Of a stretch of DNA of 30,085 bases, positions 18,009-26,424 are shown piece after piece; the first letter of the stretch is position 1, and every line of letters starts with the position of its first letter. Source of the stretch: a bacterium (GTDB lineage Bacteria; Krumholzibacteriota; Krumholzibacteriia; G020349025); assembly GCA_031362565.1 (NCBI GenBank), contig JANLSU010000030.1:1-30085 (forward strand), in the 5' to 3' direction. Position numbers and translations under genes: made by a program. The notes under the pieces are model-generated. The model saw only the letters and a program-made list of their open reading frames with translations, was not told the DNA's origin and ran no database searches.

Positions 18009-18085
18009 GGTGGGCGTAGCTCAATTGGCGGAGCACTTGGTTGTGGTCCAAGGGGTTGTGGGTTCAAGTCCCATCGTCCACCCCA
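18009..18085 (+). tRNA. tRNA-His (GTG) with G-1 and encoded CCA
   Basis: G-1 then acceptor GTGGGCG/CGTCCAC, discriminator C, CCA; D stem GCTC/GAGC; anticodon arm CTTGG-TTGTGGT-CCAAG; T arm GTGGG-TTCAAGT-CCCAT. Confidence 0.97.
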
Positions 18086-18090
18086 TTTTG

Positions 18091-18124
18091 AAAAGGCCGC
18101 CGGAGACCCCTCCGGCGGCTTTTT
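18091..18124. terminator. Bidirectional intrinsic terminator between tRNA-His and the convergent CDS
   Basis: AAAAG-GCCGCCGGAG-accc-CTCCGGCGGC-TTTTT. Confidence 0.88.
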
Positions 18125-18163
18125 GTTGCGGGGCGAGATCGTTGTCCGCACCGGCGCTACGAG

Positions 18164-20203
18164 CTAGCGAACCAGCACGACGCGCCGGCTTACTGCTTGA
18201 TCTCCGCCAGTAAGGCGGCACACGTACACTCCCGATGCGGACGGTCTGCCGGCAGAATCGCGCCCATCCCAACGCGCCACATGCGCGCCGGGCGTAACCT
18301 CACCAGCGAACAATGTCCGGATGTGCCGCCCCGCGACATCGAGGATCTCGAGCGATGCGCTTCCGAAGCGCTCCACGGTGTACTGGATTGTAGTACTCGG
18401 GTTGAACGGATTGGGCACGTTTTGCTGCAACGAGATCCGCTGCCGATGTACCTCGGGAGCCACATCCGAAGGAAGCACGCCGCGGATCTGGATATCGTCG
18501 ATGTACCAGCCCAGGTTTTCGGTGGGACCGCACGTTCCACATCGGGCCGTGGCGAAGTAGAACGCCAACCGAATGGTTGAGTTCGCAAAGGACGCAAGGT
18601 CTTCCGAGCAGTATGGCGTCCAGCCGGCGGAATCGCCGACGAATGTCTGTGAGTTCAGGTCCTGCCAAGCCCCCCAAACGCCATTCTGAAGGGTCGACAC
18701 CTGCACGCGAGCGACATCATCGCCTTCGATCAAGTACCAATGCCAGAAGCACAGGCGCAGGTCGGCGACTGCAGCGCCCAGGTGGATCGATGGGCTGATG
18801 AGGCGCGATACGAGGTTGTTATAGTAGTTTCCGCCGAGAATCGTTCCGGCACAAAGGCTGTCCGAATGCGCCCTCACCTGCGGGCTCGGTCGACCGATTT
18901 CCCACTGCCCACCTTCAACGCTCCAACCTCCCTGGCCACCGGAGAAGGTTTCGTAATTCGGGAATTCCAGCGCCGTCCACGGTGGGGTTCGCACAATCTC
19001 CAAGTCGTCGATGTACCAACCGGCGTCTACGGTTGGGCCACACGTTCCGCATTGGCTAGTCGCGAAGCGGAACGCCACGCGGACCGTGGAATCGGCGTAG
19101 GTCGAGATATCCAGGACGGGTCTCGACCAACTCGGGTTCCAGCCAGAATAACCGTCTTGACCAGTGTCGACACTCGCGTTCGTACCACGTAAGGGAAGGA
19201 AGGGGCCCCAGCCGCTGGGGCGCAAGGTCGAGATCTCGACCGTCCCGACATCGTCCGCCCAGACGCGGAACCAGTGCCAGAACCGCAACTGCAGAGATTC
19301 ACAGGCTTCGATCGCCGGTAACTGGTAGGGTGGACTGATCAGGCGAGAGTCGAGTGCGTTGAAGTAGTTCCCGCTCAACACGGTCCCGGCGCACGCCGGA
19401 CCGGAATGCCCGGAATTGGGACCTGAAGTGGCGGCGCCGATCTCCCACTGGCCCTGCGTTACCGACCAACCGCCCCACCCGTTCTCGAACGATTCAACGA
19501 CCGGACCCGCCGGCGGCGCCGACATGCGCACCACGGATACATCGTCGATATACCACCCGAGATCCTCCGTCGGACCGCACGTCCCGCAGCGTCCCGACTG
19601 GAACCGGAACCCGACGCGGACCGTGGAATCCGCGTAAGAAGACAAATCCAGCGACGCCTGCGTCCAAATCGGACTGAAGCTTCCATAGGTTGCGCTTGCT
19701 CCACGCACCGCGAGCCAGGGCCCCCAGCCTGTCGGCCGGAGAGTCCGAATCTCAATCGATGCCGTGTCGTCAAGCCAGATTCGGTACCAGTGCCAGAAGC
19801 GGAGCTGCAAGCTTTCGCACCCGCTGAGCGGCGGGAGCGCAATCGAAGCGGAACTGAGCCGGGTATTGGCGCCATTCGGGTAATTGCCGTTCAGCACGGT
19901 TGCGGCGCACCAGAAGCCGGAGTGGGCTGCCGGCTGCGGGGTCGGCTGCCCCAATTGCCACACACCCTGGTCGATCGACCATCCACCGCAGCCGCCCAGA
20001 CCCGACTCGAAGTCGCATTGAAAAACTGTGCTACCCACGGCCGAGCACGGAGCGTACCCCACGCTGCCCCGACTACCGCACGACGCCAGGCCCGGCTCGA
20101 GCGGGCTGATCCTCACATCGGACTCGCCGTATGCACGGCTGAGACCCAGGGTAAGAACCGACGCAAGTCGAATGAACTGTATAGCCAAGCCTGCGCATCG
20201 CAT
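18164..20203 (-). CDS. Secreted protein with three tandem cleaved-adhesin/MAM-like (immune inhibitor A-type) beta-sandwich domains and a C-terminal FlgD-Ig-like domain
   Basis: AAGGAG RBS before ATG 20203; signal-like N-terminus. Three repeats of FE.G.GGWS...WQ/EIG.P...HSG...L.GNY...L.S...L.FWHW...GWYIDD. C-terminal LQQNVPNPFNPSTTI...WDGRDSAG...SGVY. Confidence 0.85.
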   Translation of the reverse strand: MRCAGLAIQFIRLASVLTLGLSRAYGESDVRISPLEPGLASCGSRGSVGYAPCSAVGSTVFQCDFESGLGGCGGWSIDQGVWQLGQPTPQPAAHSGFWCAATVLNGNYPNGANTRLSSASIALPPLSGCESLQLRFWHWYRIWLDDTASIEIRTLRPTGWGPWLAVRGASATYGSFSPIWTQASLDLSSYADSTVRVGFRFQSGRCGTCGPTEDLGWYIDDVSVVRMSAPPAGPVVESFENGWGGWSVTQGQWEIGAATSGPNSGHSGPACAGTVLSGNYFNALDSRLISPPYQLPAIEACESLQLRFWHWFRVWADDVGTVEISTLRPSGWGPFLPLRGTNASVDTGQDGYSGWNPSWSRPVLDISTYADSTVRVAFRFATSQCGTCGPTVDAGWYIDDLEIVRTPPWTALEFPNYETFSGGQGGWSVEGGQWEIGRPSPQVRAHSDSLCAGTILGGNYYNNLVSRLISPSIHLGAAVADLRLCFWHWYLIEGDDVARVQVSTLQNGVWGAWQDLNSQTFVGDSAGWTPYCSEDLASFANSTIRLAFYFATARCGTCGPTENLGWYIDDIQIRGVLPSDVAPEVHRQRISLQQNVPNPFNPSTTIQYTVERFGSASLEILDVAGRHIRTLFAGEVTPGAHVARWDGRDSAGRPSASGVYVCRLTGGDQAVSRRVVLVR

Positions 20204-20561
20204 GGAACGGCTCCTTCTCGCAAACCGGCGAACGGCGAAACGGCCTGCCACGGCCTTTCGGGCGCTGGATCGTACGATGCGTAGGATTTGTCTGGTGGGG
20301 CGGGTCATGAACTTTCTCCGTTTCTCGAACCGCGTGCTGGAGCGTTGTCGAATTTGTCTAACGCGGGCCCCGGGTGGGTGACCTGCGACCTCCACGAAAT
20401 CGTTTATTCCGGGGCGGTTCTCTGCATTGAAACTGATGCTGGCACTATAGGTCATCACGCTGCGGGCTACAACCCCAACGCCGAAATCGAAGTGTTCATC
20501 GGTCTTCCGCATGCGGATTTGTCCCACCGCGATGAGGCCGATAACAGCAACGCCCCAGCTG

Positions 20562-20993
20562 TCAGAAGCCGGCCGAGATTCCCACGAGCACAGATTTCGC
20601 ATTTGGATCGACCCCGACGGCGATGGGCGAGCGCACCGGTTGCCCATGCGTCGTTCCGAGATTCGGAGAGAAGAGCGGCGCGAACGCACTCGGGATCTGT
20701 GGGAGAAGCAGCGAGCCGGAGACGCTGTGCGAACTCGAACTGTCTGTGGGGACCGCCGCGGCTTTTGGGGTGTCCGACTGATGCCTCGAGTGCACAGCCA
20801 GGGCCACCACGGTGACCGCAGCCGCCGTTCCGAGGCCGATGAGCAGGATCGTGGTTCCGGATATCGTCCCGGGCAGGTCCTCCGACTGATCGTGCCATGC
20901 GGCCGCCGCCGGGCGTGGCATGCTCAGTGTCCAGAACGCGAGGCCGGCGAGTGAGACAGCGACGAGCCTGTGGTTGCGCGTGCGATGCAGCAT
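20562..20993 (-). CDS. Small exported/membrane protein of unknown function
   Basis: GGAGG RBS; signal peptide ending PAAA; second hydrophobic helix; C-terminal amphipathic strand ending in F (LVGISAGF). Confidence 0.75.
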   Translation of the reverse strand: MLHRTRNHRLVAVSLAGLAFWTLSMPRPAAAAWHDQSEDLPGTISGTTILLIGLGTAAAVTVVALAVHSRHQSDTPKAAAVPTDSSSSHSVSGSLLLPQIPSAFAPLFSPNLGTTHGQPVRSPIAVGVDPNAKSVLVGISAGF

Positions 20994-21073
20994 CGAATTT
21001 CCTCCTGGATCGTAGCGTGCGCGACCGCCATCCCGGCCTATCTGGCCTCGGTGGCCGCGGCGTGTGCCTGTCG

Positions 21074-21106
21074 CGACGAGTGTCCTTCGACCCGGCAATG
21101 TGTGAC
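21074..21106 (-). promoter_or_regulatory. Putative ECF-sigma promoter, copy 1
   Basis: GTCACA-CATTGCCGGGTCGAA-GGACACTCGTCG, about 80 nt upstream of ATG 20993; 24/33 identical to the copy at 26204-26236. Confidence 0.6.
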
Positions 21107-21206
21107 CGCCCAAGTGGCCGCTGGTCAGGCCCACCGGCGACGCGGGCCTTGTCGTTCAGGGTCCGGGGTCGATAAGCTCGTCAGGTTCCCAACCCATTTG
21201 AGGACG

Positions 21207-24200
21207 ATGACGCCGTCTGCATTCGAAATGCACCGCGCTCGCCGCCGGTCCCGCCGGCTGTTCGCGGCCGCGCTCGTGGTCGGCACGAGCCTCATGGGTT
21301 GCCGTGTCTTGCCCGCGGCACGGCCCGCCGCCGAGACGTCCGCGACGCTCGCGGATTCACTCCAGACTCTGCGGCGTGCCGGAAACCACGACGCCGCACT
21401 GCGCGTCGCGAACCAACAGCTGGCGCGATTGCGCGCCGACGCGAGCGCCAAGCCCTGGCAGATTCGGGAGGCCGAAAGCGACCGCGAGACAATGCGGTTC
21501 GCGTGCACACTCCCGCAGCGCACCCGACGCGAACTGGCCGCCGCGGATTCCCTAGAAGCACCGTTGGAGAACTTCCTGAACCGAAAAGCGATCGCGGCAG
21601 GCGAGAGCGCCGCGCGTCGCCAGCTGGAGATTCGCGCGCGCGTACTCGGCCAACGGCATCCCGATGTAGCCGCAAGCCAGCATCATCTGGCTGCCTTCCT
21701 CGCGGCCAAAGCGGAGTACGCGGCTGCCGACAGCCTGGTACGAGAAGCGATTCGCGTTACCGAAGAGACTCTAGGCAACAACCACCCCAGGGTTGCATCC
21801 ATCATGCGCACCCGTGCCGAGATTTGCGTCGAGGCGGGAAAAATCGCCACAGCGGATTCGCTCGTACGCCGGGCTCTGAACCTGCACCGCGACGCCTTAA
21901 GTTCGGACGACGCGGAAGTGCTGCTCGACTTCGGGGTCCTCGGGGCAGTGCTCGCTTACGAGGGTGAGTACTTTGCGGCCGAAGTCATCCTGCGTCGCGT
22001 CGCTGCGCTCGGACCGGCCCGGTTGCCCCACAATCAGCGCGCCTTACTCGAGGGGGTCAGCAATCTCGGGTCGGTGGTGGACATGCGTGGGGACCACGCA
22101 GCCGCGGAACCTTTGTATCGGCAGGCCACGGATTTGTCACGCACGCTCTTCGGAGAGGAGAGCTACGACTATGCCTTCAACCTCGCCAACCTCGCGATCT
22201 TGTCGTCCGAACTGGGGATGTATGCGACCGGCGAAAGTCTGTTAGCGCGCGTCATCCCTATCTACGAAAAGACGCTTCCTGCTGGCCATCCGGACATCGC
22301 GATGATGCTACAGAATCAAGCTTTGCTGATGCAGAAGCGTGGCCATTTCTCCGACGCGGAAGTGACCTACCGACGCACGCTCGCCATGGCATCCGCGGCC
22401 GGCGGGCGCGACGGTCTGAACGCGGCGCTAATCCTCAACAACCTGGGCTTATGCCTTGAAGAAGGCGGGCAAGCAGCGGCTGCCGACAGCGCCATGGCTG
22501 CAGCTCTGGCGATCCGGCGCAGGCGCCTCGGCAAGAACCATCCGGACCTGATTCTAACGCTCACGAACATGGCGATGCTGTGCAAGCAGAACGGTGCTCT
22601 CGACCGCGCTGAGCAGCTGCTCGAGGAGGCGGGACGCGCCTTCGAGACAGCGCGACTGCGCGCCGCGAGCGCTTCCGACCGGGCGTTCTTCGATCTCTCT
22701 CCGTACGAGGATCTCGCGGTTGTTCAGCTCTGGCGCGGGGAAAGGGCCGGGGCCTGGCCGAACGTCGAGAAGGCACTCGCACGCTCGCTCGGTGACCTTC
22801 TCGTCGATGCGGGCGCCAGGCCGCAGAATCCCGGCGAACTCGCGCGCGAAGACTCGCTCCTGAGCGGCATGAGCCTGGTGGAGCAGCAGATCGCGGCGCG
22901 TGCCGGCACTGCGGACGAGGACGGAAGCGACAGGCGCACCCATGGGCGCGACCGCGAGCGCCTGCAGCTCCGGATTGCCGAGGCGTCCCTGAGCGCGTTC
23001 CAGCAGCAGATGGCCACGAAGTATTCGCTGCGCTGTGGAGCCACGTTCGATCTGGCGCGCGTCCAAGCGGCGCTTGGTCCGAAGCGGGCCCTGCTCGGGT
23101 GGATCGAAGACCCGCACCCGGCCGCGGATTCCATCGGACGCTCGTGGGCGTATGTCATTCGCGACCACGGTGTGGTGCATTGGGCAGAGCTCCCCAAGCG
23201 CGCGCGCGGGCGGGATGTCGAATGGGAGCGCGTGTACCGAGATGCAATTCTACTGCACGGCGCGACCGGTCCTCGGAGCCGTATGAGCGAGGCGGCTCGC
23301 ACACTATACGAGCAACGGGTACGTCCCGTCGAAAGCGCGCTCGAGGACATCGAGGAATTGCTGGTCGTGCCATCGCGCGGCATGCTCGGATTGCCAGTGG
23401 AGGCGCTCGTCGATTCCGGCGGACGGCTGTTCGGAGAGCGGGTCCGCGTGTGCTACAGCCCATCCGCTTCTGTAGCGACCTGGCTCACGGAGGGCACACG
23501 ACGGCGCCACGCTCAGTCGCGCCCGATCACGGCATTGCTCGTCGGTGACCCGGCCTTCGATGCGGCACAAGCAGAACAGATCGCGCGTGAAACCCGCGCT
23601 GCGATGTCGCGGCCACCCCGTGCGGAGCAATCTACGGCCGAGCCACTCGCAGCAGTAACAGCGAGCGCGCTACGCTCTGGCGCTGCCCGAGGCGACGGGC
23701 CGGCGGTGTTCCCGCGTCTTGTCTTCTCACGCCTCGAGCTCGAGCGCTGCAAGCAACTGCTAGGCGATCGTGCTGTTGAGCTCTTGGGGCGCGACGCCAG
23801 CGAGCCCGCGATGGTGGCTCTCGCCGAGTCGATACATGCATTTCGCATCCTTCACTTCTCGACGCACGCTGTCATCGACGACGCGAGGCCCGAGAACTGC
23901 GCCCTCGTGCTATCGCAAGTGGACCTTCCAGACCGCTTCGCGGCCGCAGAGCGCCACGAGCGGATCTACGATGGAAGATGGACCGCGCAAGAAATTTTGC
24001 AGGAATGGCAGCTCGACGCCGACCTCGTCGTGCTGAGCGCGTGCGAAACCGCTCTCGGGCGCAAGGCTGTGGGAGAAGGCTACATCGGATTCTCACAAAC
24101 ATTGCTGCAAAGCGGTGCGCACCACCTGATCCTCAGCCTGTGGGAAGTTGACGACCATTCGACGGCGTTGCTCATGGGGTCGTTCTACAACCACCTGCTG

Positions 24201-24395
24201 GGTGACGTCGCGGAGTCGACCGCCGCGGGCAGCGCTGCCGCCCCAATTCGATCGGACCGGCTCGACAGTCGGCGCATCTCCCGCGCGTTACAGGCAGCAC
24301 AGCGCGACGTGCGCGAATACGGTGCAGGCGATCGACATCCCTACGCGCACCCATGGTACTGGGCAGGATTCGTGCTCATCGGGGCCGGCGACTAG
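21207..24395 (+). CDS. Lipoprotein TPR-CHAT (caspase-like cysteine protease)
   Basis: Basic N-region, hydrophobic core and LMGC lipobox; kinesin-light-chain-type TPRs (HPDVA, GHPDIA, NHPDLI); CHAT motifs LVVPS, LPVEAL, YSPSAS, LHFSTHA (His), VVLSACETALG (Cys), LSLWEVDD, HPWYWAGFVLIG. Start may be 21207 or 21228. Confidence 0.93.
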   Translation: MTPSAFEMHRARRRSRRLFAAALVVGTSLMGCRVLPAARPAAETSATLADSLQTLRRAGNHDAALRVANQQLARLRADASAKPWQIREAESDRETMRFACTLPQRTRRELAAADSLEAPLENFLNRKAIAAGESAARRQLEIRARVLGQRHPDVAASQHHLAAFLAAKAEYAAADSLVREAIRVTEETLGNNHPRVASIMRTRAEICVEAGKIATADSLVRRALNLHRDALSSDDAEVLLDFGVLGAVLAYEGEYFAAEVILRRVAALGPARLPHNQRALLEGVSNLGSVVDMRGDHAAAEPLYRQATDLSRTLFGEESYDYAFNLANLAILSSELGMYATGESLLARVIPIYEKTLPAGHPDIAMMLQNQALLMQKRGHFSDAEVTYRRTLAMASAAGGRDGLNAALILNNLGLCLEEGGQAAAADSAMAAALAIRRRRLGKNHPDLILTLTNMAMLCKQNGALDRAEQLLEEAGRAFETARLRAASASDRAFFDLSPYEDLAVVQLWRGERAGAWPNVEKALARSLGDLLVDAGARPQNPGELAREDSLLSGMSLVEQQIAARAGTADEDGSDRRTHGRDRERLQLRIAEASLSAFQQQMATKYSLRCGATFDLARVQAALGPKRALLGWIEDPHPAADSIGRSWAYVIRDHGVVHWAELPKRARGRDVEWERVYRDAILLHGATGPRSRMSEAARTLYEQRVRPVESALEDIEELLVVPSRGMLGLPVEALVDSGGRLFGERVRVCYSPSASVATWLTEGTRRRHAQSRPITALLVGDPAFDAAQAEQIARETRAAMSRPPRAEQSTAEPLAAVTASALRSGAARGDGPAVFPRLVFSRLELERCKQLLGDRAVELLGRDASEPAMVALAESIHAFRILHFSTHAVIDDARPENCALVLSQVDLPDRFAAAERHERIYDGRWTAQEILQEWQLDADLVVLSACETALGRKAVGEGYIGFSQTLLQSGAHHLILSLWEVDDHSTALLMGSFYNHLLGDVAESTAAGSAAAPIRSDRLDSRRISRALQAAQRDVREYGAGDRHPYAHPWYWAGFVLIGAGD

Positions 24396-25327
24396 GGCGC
24401 GCCATACTCCAAGTCGAAGACTTTCTCGTCCGCGGTCCCAGGAGTGTCCAGGCGCAGGATGCGAACGTGATACGTACCTTCCGAGAGCGCCACCGGTGTG
24501 CGCACAATGAGCATGATCTCGCCCCGCATCACATCCGCGACGGTGGCCGGAGCGCGCAGCAGCAAGGCGCCGGCCGGCGCGTACACCTCAATTGTGGCCG
24601 CTGTACCCGAGGGCCATTCGGCTGGCAACTCGACGCGGAGTACGATCGCGTGGGCTGAGCTCGGTACATGCACCACGTTGCCGCGGCCGCGTGTCAGCGC
24701 CGGTGCAACCCAGGGCAGCACTCCATCTGCCGCCGGATCGGGCGCGATCGGCGCGGAGCGGGGGTGCACGAGGAGAATCCCGGTAGCCGTGACCGCCCAC
24801 GCCGCGACCGCCCAATTCCACGATTTGAGCCGCTTCGGGCTCCAAGACGGCAGAGTGAACCATCCACGGTTCGTGTGTCGCGATGATCCGGGTGCTGACA
24901 ACGGTGGCTCGTCAGTGCGTGTCGAGGGACGCGACGCCGATGCGTCGGCGAGAGGCGTTGTGGCCACGGCGGCGCTGCGTTCCGACATTGTATTCAGCCC
25001 GGCATCAAAAGACGCTTCGGAGGCGTGCGCGTCAACGTGCTCGCGGCACTCGGGACAATGGCCGAGATGCTGATCAACCAGGTCACGGAGCTTGCCACGC
25101 AGGGTTTTCCGACGCGTCGCCCAATCAGAAAGGATCGAATCGGGAATGTGAACGTCGTCTTCGCGACCGGCAGTGTCGAACATGACGAAACTCTGCCACA
25201 GCTCATGACACTTGCCACACTGGACCAGATGCTCTTGCAGGCGGCCCTCGTCGGAATCTTCGAGGACGCCGATGTGGCGCTCGAAGAGGCGAGCGACGAA
25301 CCAGGAGTGCTCGGTCTGCGGTAGCAT
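24392..25327 (-). CDS. Membrane anti-sigma factor with two ZAS (zf-HC2) zinc fingers
   Basis: HLVQCGKC and HLGHCPEC motifs, one TM helix (WAVAAWAVTATGILLV), extracytoplasmic beta domain; directly downstream of the sigma gene with a GGAGG RBS. Confidence 0.85.
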   Translation of the reverse strand: MLPQTEHSWFVARLFERHIGVLEDSDEGRLQEHLVQCGKCHELWQSFVMFDTAGREDDVHIPDSILSDWATRRKTLRGKLRDLVDQHLGHCPECREHVDAHASEASFDAGLNTMSERSAAVATTPLADASASRPSTRTDEPPLSAPGSSRHTNRGWFTLPSWSPKRLKSWNWAVAAWAVTATGILLVHPRSAPIAPDPAADGVLPWVAPALTRGRGNVVHVPSSAHAIVLRVELPAEWPSGTAATIEVYAPAGALLLRAPATVADVMRGEIMLIVRTPVALSEGTYHVRILRLDTPGTADEKVFDLEYGAP

Positions 25328-25345
25328 GGTCCCTCCGGCTCGCGT

Positions 25346-25921
25346 CTAGAGATCGCCGAGAATAAGCGGTAGCGGGAAATCCGGATCGCCTGCAAGCTCG
25401 GCACGCAGCCGTCGCTGCAGGCGCGACCAGCGCTTGCGAGCCGCCGCCGGTTGAATGCCGAGTTCAGTAGCGGTCTCTTCGTGTGATGCACCTCGGCGCC
25501 TTGCGTCGAGCAGCGGTAGTTCCGCCGCGTCGATCCGGCGCACCGTCTCACGCACCATGAACATTGAGAGTTCAAATGCCTCGCAGAACTCGGAAGCCCG
25601 GCGTTCCGGCTCGGGCACACTCAGGACGTCATCGTCGATCGCCTCGAAGATCCGGCGCTCCCGCGCCCGGCGTTTGATGTGTGAGTATGCGATCTTGTGC
25701 GCGATGTCAGTAACCAGACCCTCGGGGTTTGCAACCACTTCCCGCCGCATGCAGTGCCAAACGCGCCGCAAGCACTCGCTGACCAGATCCTCGATTTTCG
25801 GGTCCGCGGCGTCGCCGAGCTTGGCAATCACACGCCGGTGAGCGAGGTGCCGAAGCGCGTCCCATCGCGGGTCATCGGGACCATCCGTCGTCACGACAGA
25901 CCACTTCCCATGCAAGCCCAT
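25346..25921 (-). CDS. ECF-type RNA polymerase sigma factor
   Basis: Region 2 (IEDLVSECLRRVW...NPEGLVTDIAHKIAYSHIKRR) and region 4 HTH (GASHEETATELGIQPAAARKRWSRLQRRLR). Start uncertain: ATG 25921 or GTG 25894. Confidence 0.88.
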   Translation of the reverse strand: MGLHGKWSVVTTDGPDDPRWDALRHLAHRRVIAKLGDAADPKIEDLVSECLRRVWHCMRREVVANPEGLVTDIAHKIAYSHIKRRARERRIFEAIDDDVLSVPEPERRASEFCEAFELSMFMVRETVRRIDAAELPLLDARRRGASHEETATELGIQPAAARKRWSRLQRRLRAELAGDPDFPLPLILGDL

Positions 25922-26203
25922 CAAGGGGAGCAATAGGTGGCGGGGCGGATTTCGGAACCGCAGGCATGGGCGGTCAGCCCGCGAGGGAGTCTTCCGCGCC
26001 AAGCAAACCTGCCGCCGCGGATCGGGGGCACGGCCGCCGTCGACTCCAGTACCGGTACGCGTCACAGGACGAACATGCGCGCAAGGTAGCACCGGAGTCC
26101 GCGCGGCCGCAAGGCGAAGGGCCGGGGTTGTGGAGGTCGCAAACATCGAGGGGCACCATTCGAGCAAAGGCTTCGAATCATGTGCGACCAGCGCTGGCGC
26201 ACA

Positions 26204-26236
26204 CGACGATTGTCCCGGGACCTCGGAAGATGTGAC
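26204..26236 (-). promoter_or_regulatory. Putative ECF-sigma (autoregulatory) promoter, copy 2
   Basis: GTCACA-TCTTCCGAGGTCCCG-GGACAATCGTCG upstream of the sigma/anti-sigma operon, same spacing as copy 1. Confidence 0.6.
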
Positions 26237-26424
26237 AGAGTTTCTGGGCCCGCGGCGCGCGGGTCCGTTGTGGGTCGGATCCGTCCCGAACCCGGACCAG
26301 GGGCCCAGCGCGAGGTGCCGAGCCCAGCAGCAACAGTGCTAGGAGGAGGAACGGGACCATGCAAGGCAACCTATCGCCGCCGCTGACTCGCGCGCCTCAG
26401 ACGAACGCGGCCACATCCAAGCCC

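Noticed and set aside
20347..20382. Third copy of the ECF promoter motif upstream of the adhesin-like gene (GTCACC-N17-AGACA)
   Set aside because: Both boxes are degenerate and the spacer is 2 nt longer than in the two good copies.
21207..24395. Type III-E CRISPR Craspase component
   Set aside because: No Cas7-11, csx30/csx31 or array nearby, and the protein has a lipoprotein signal.
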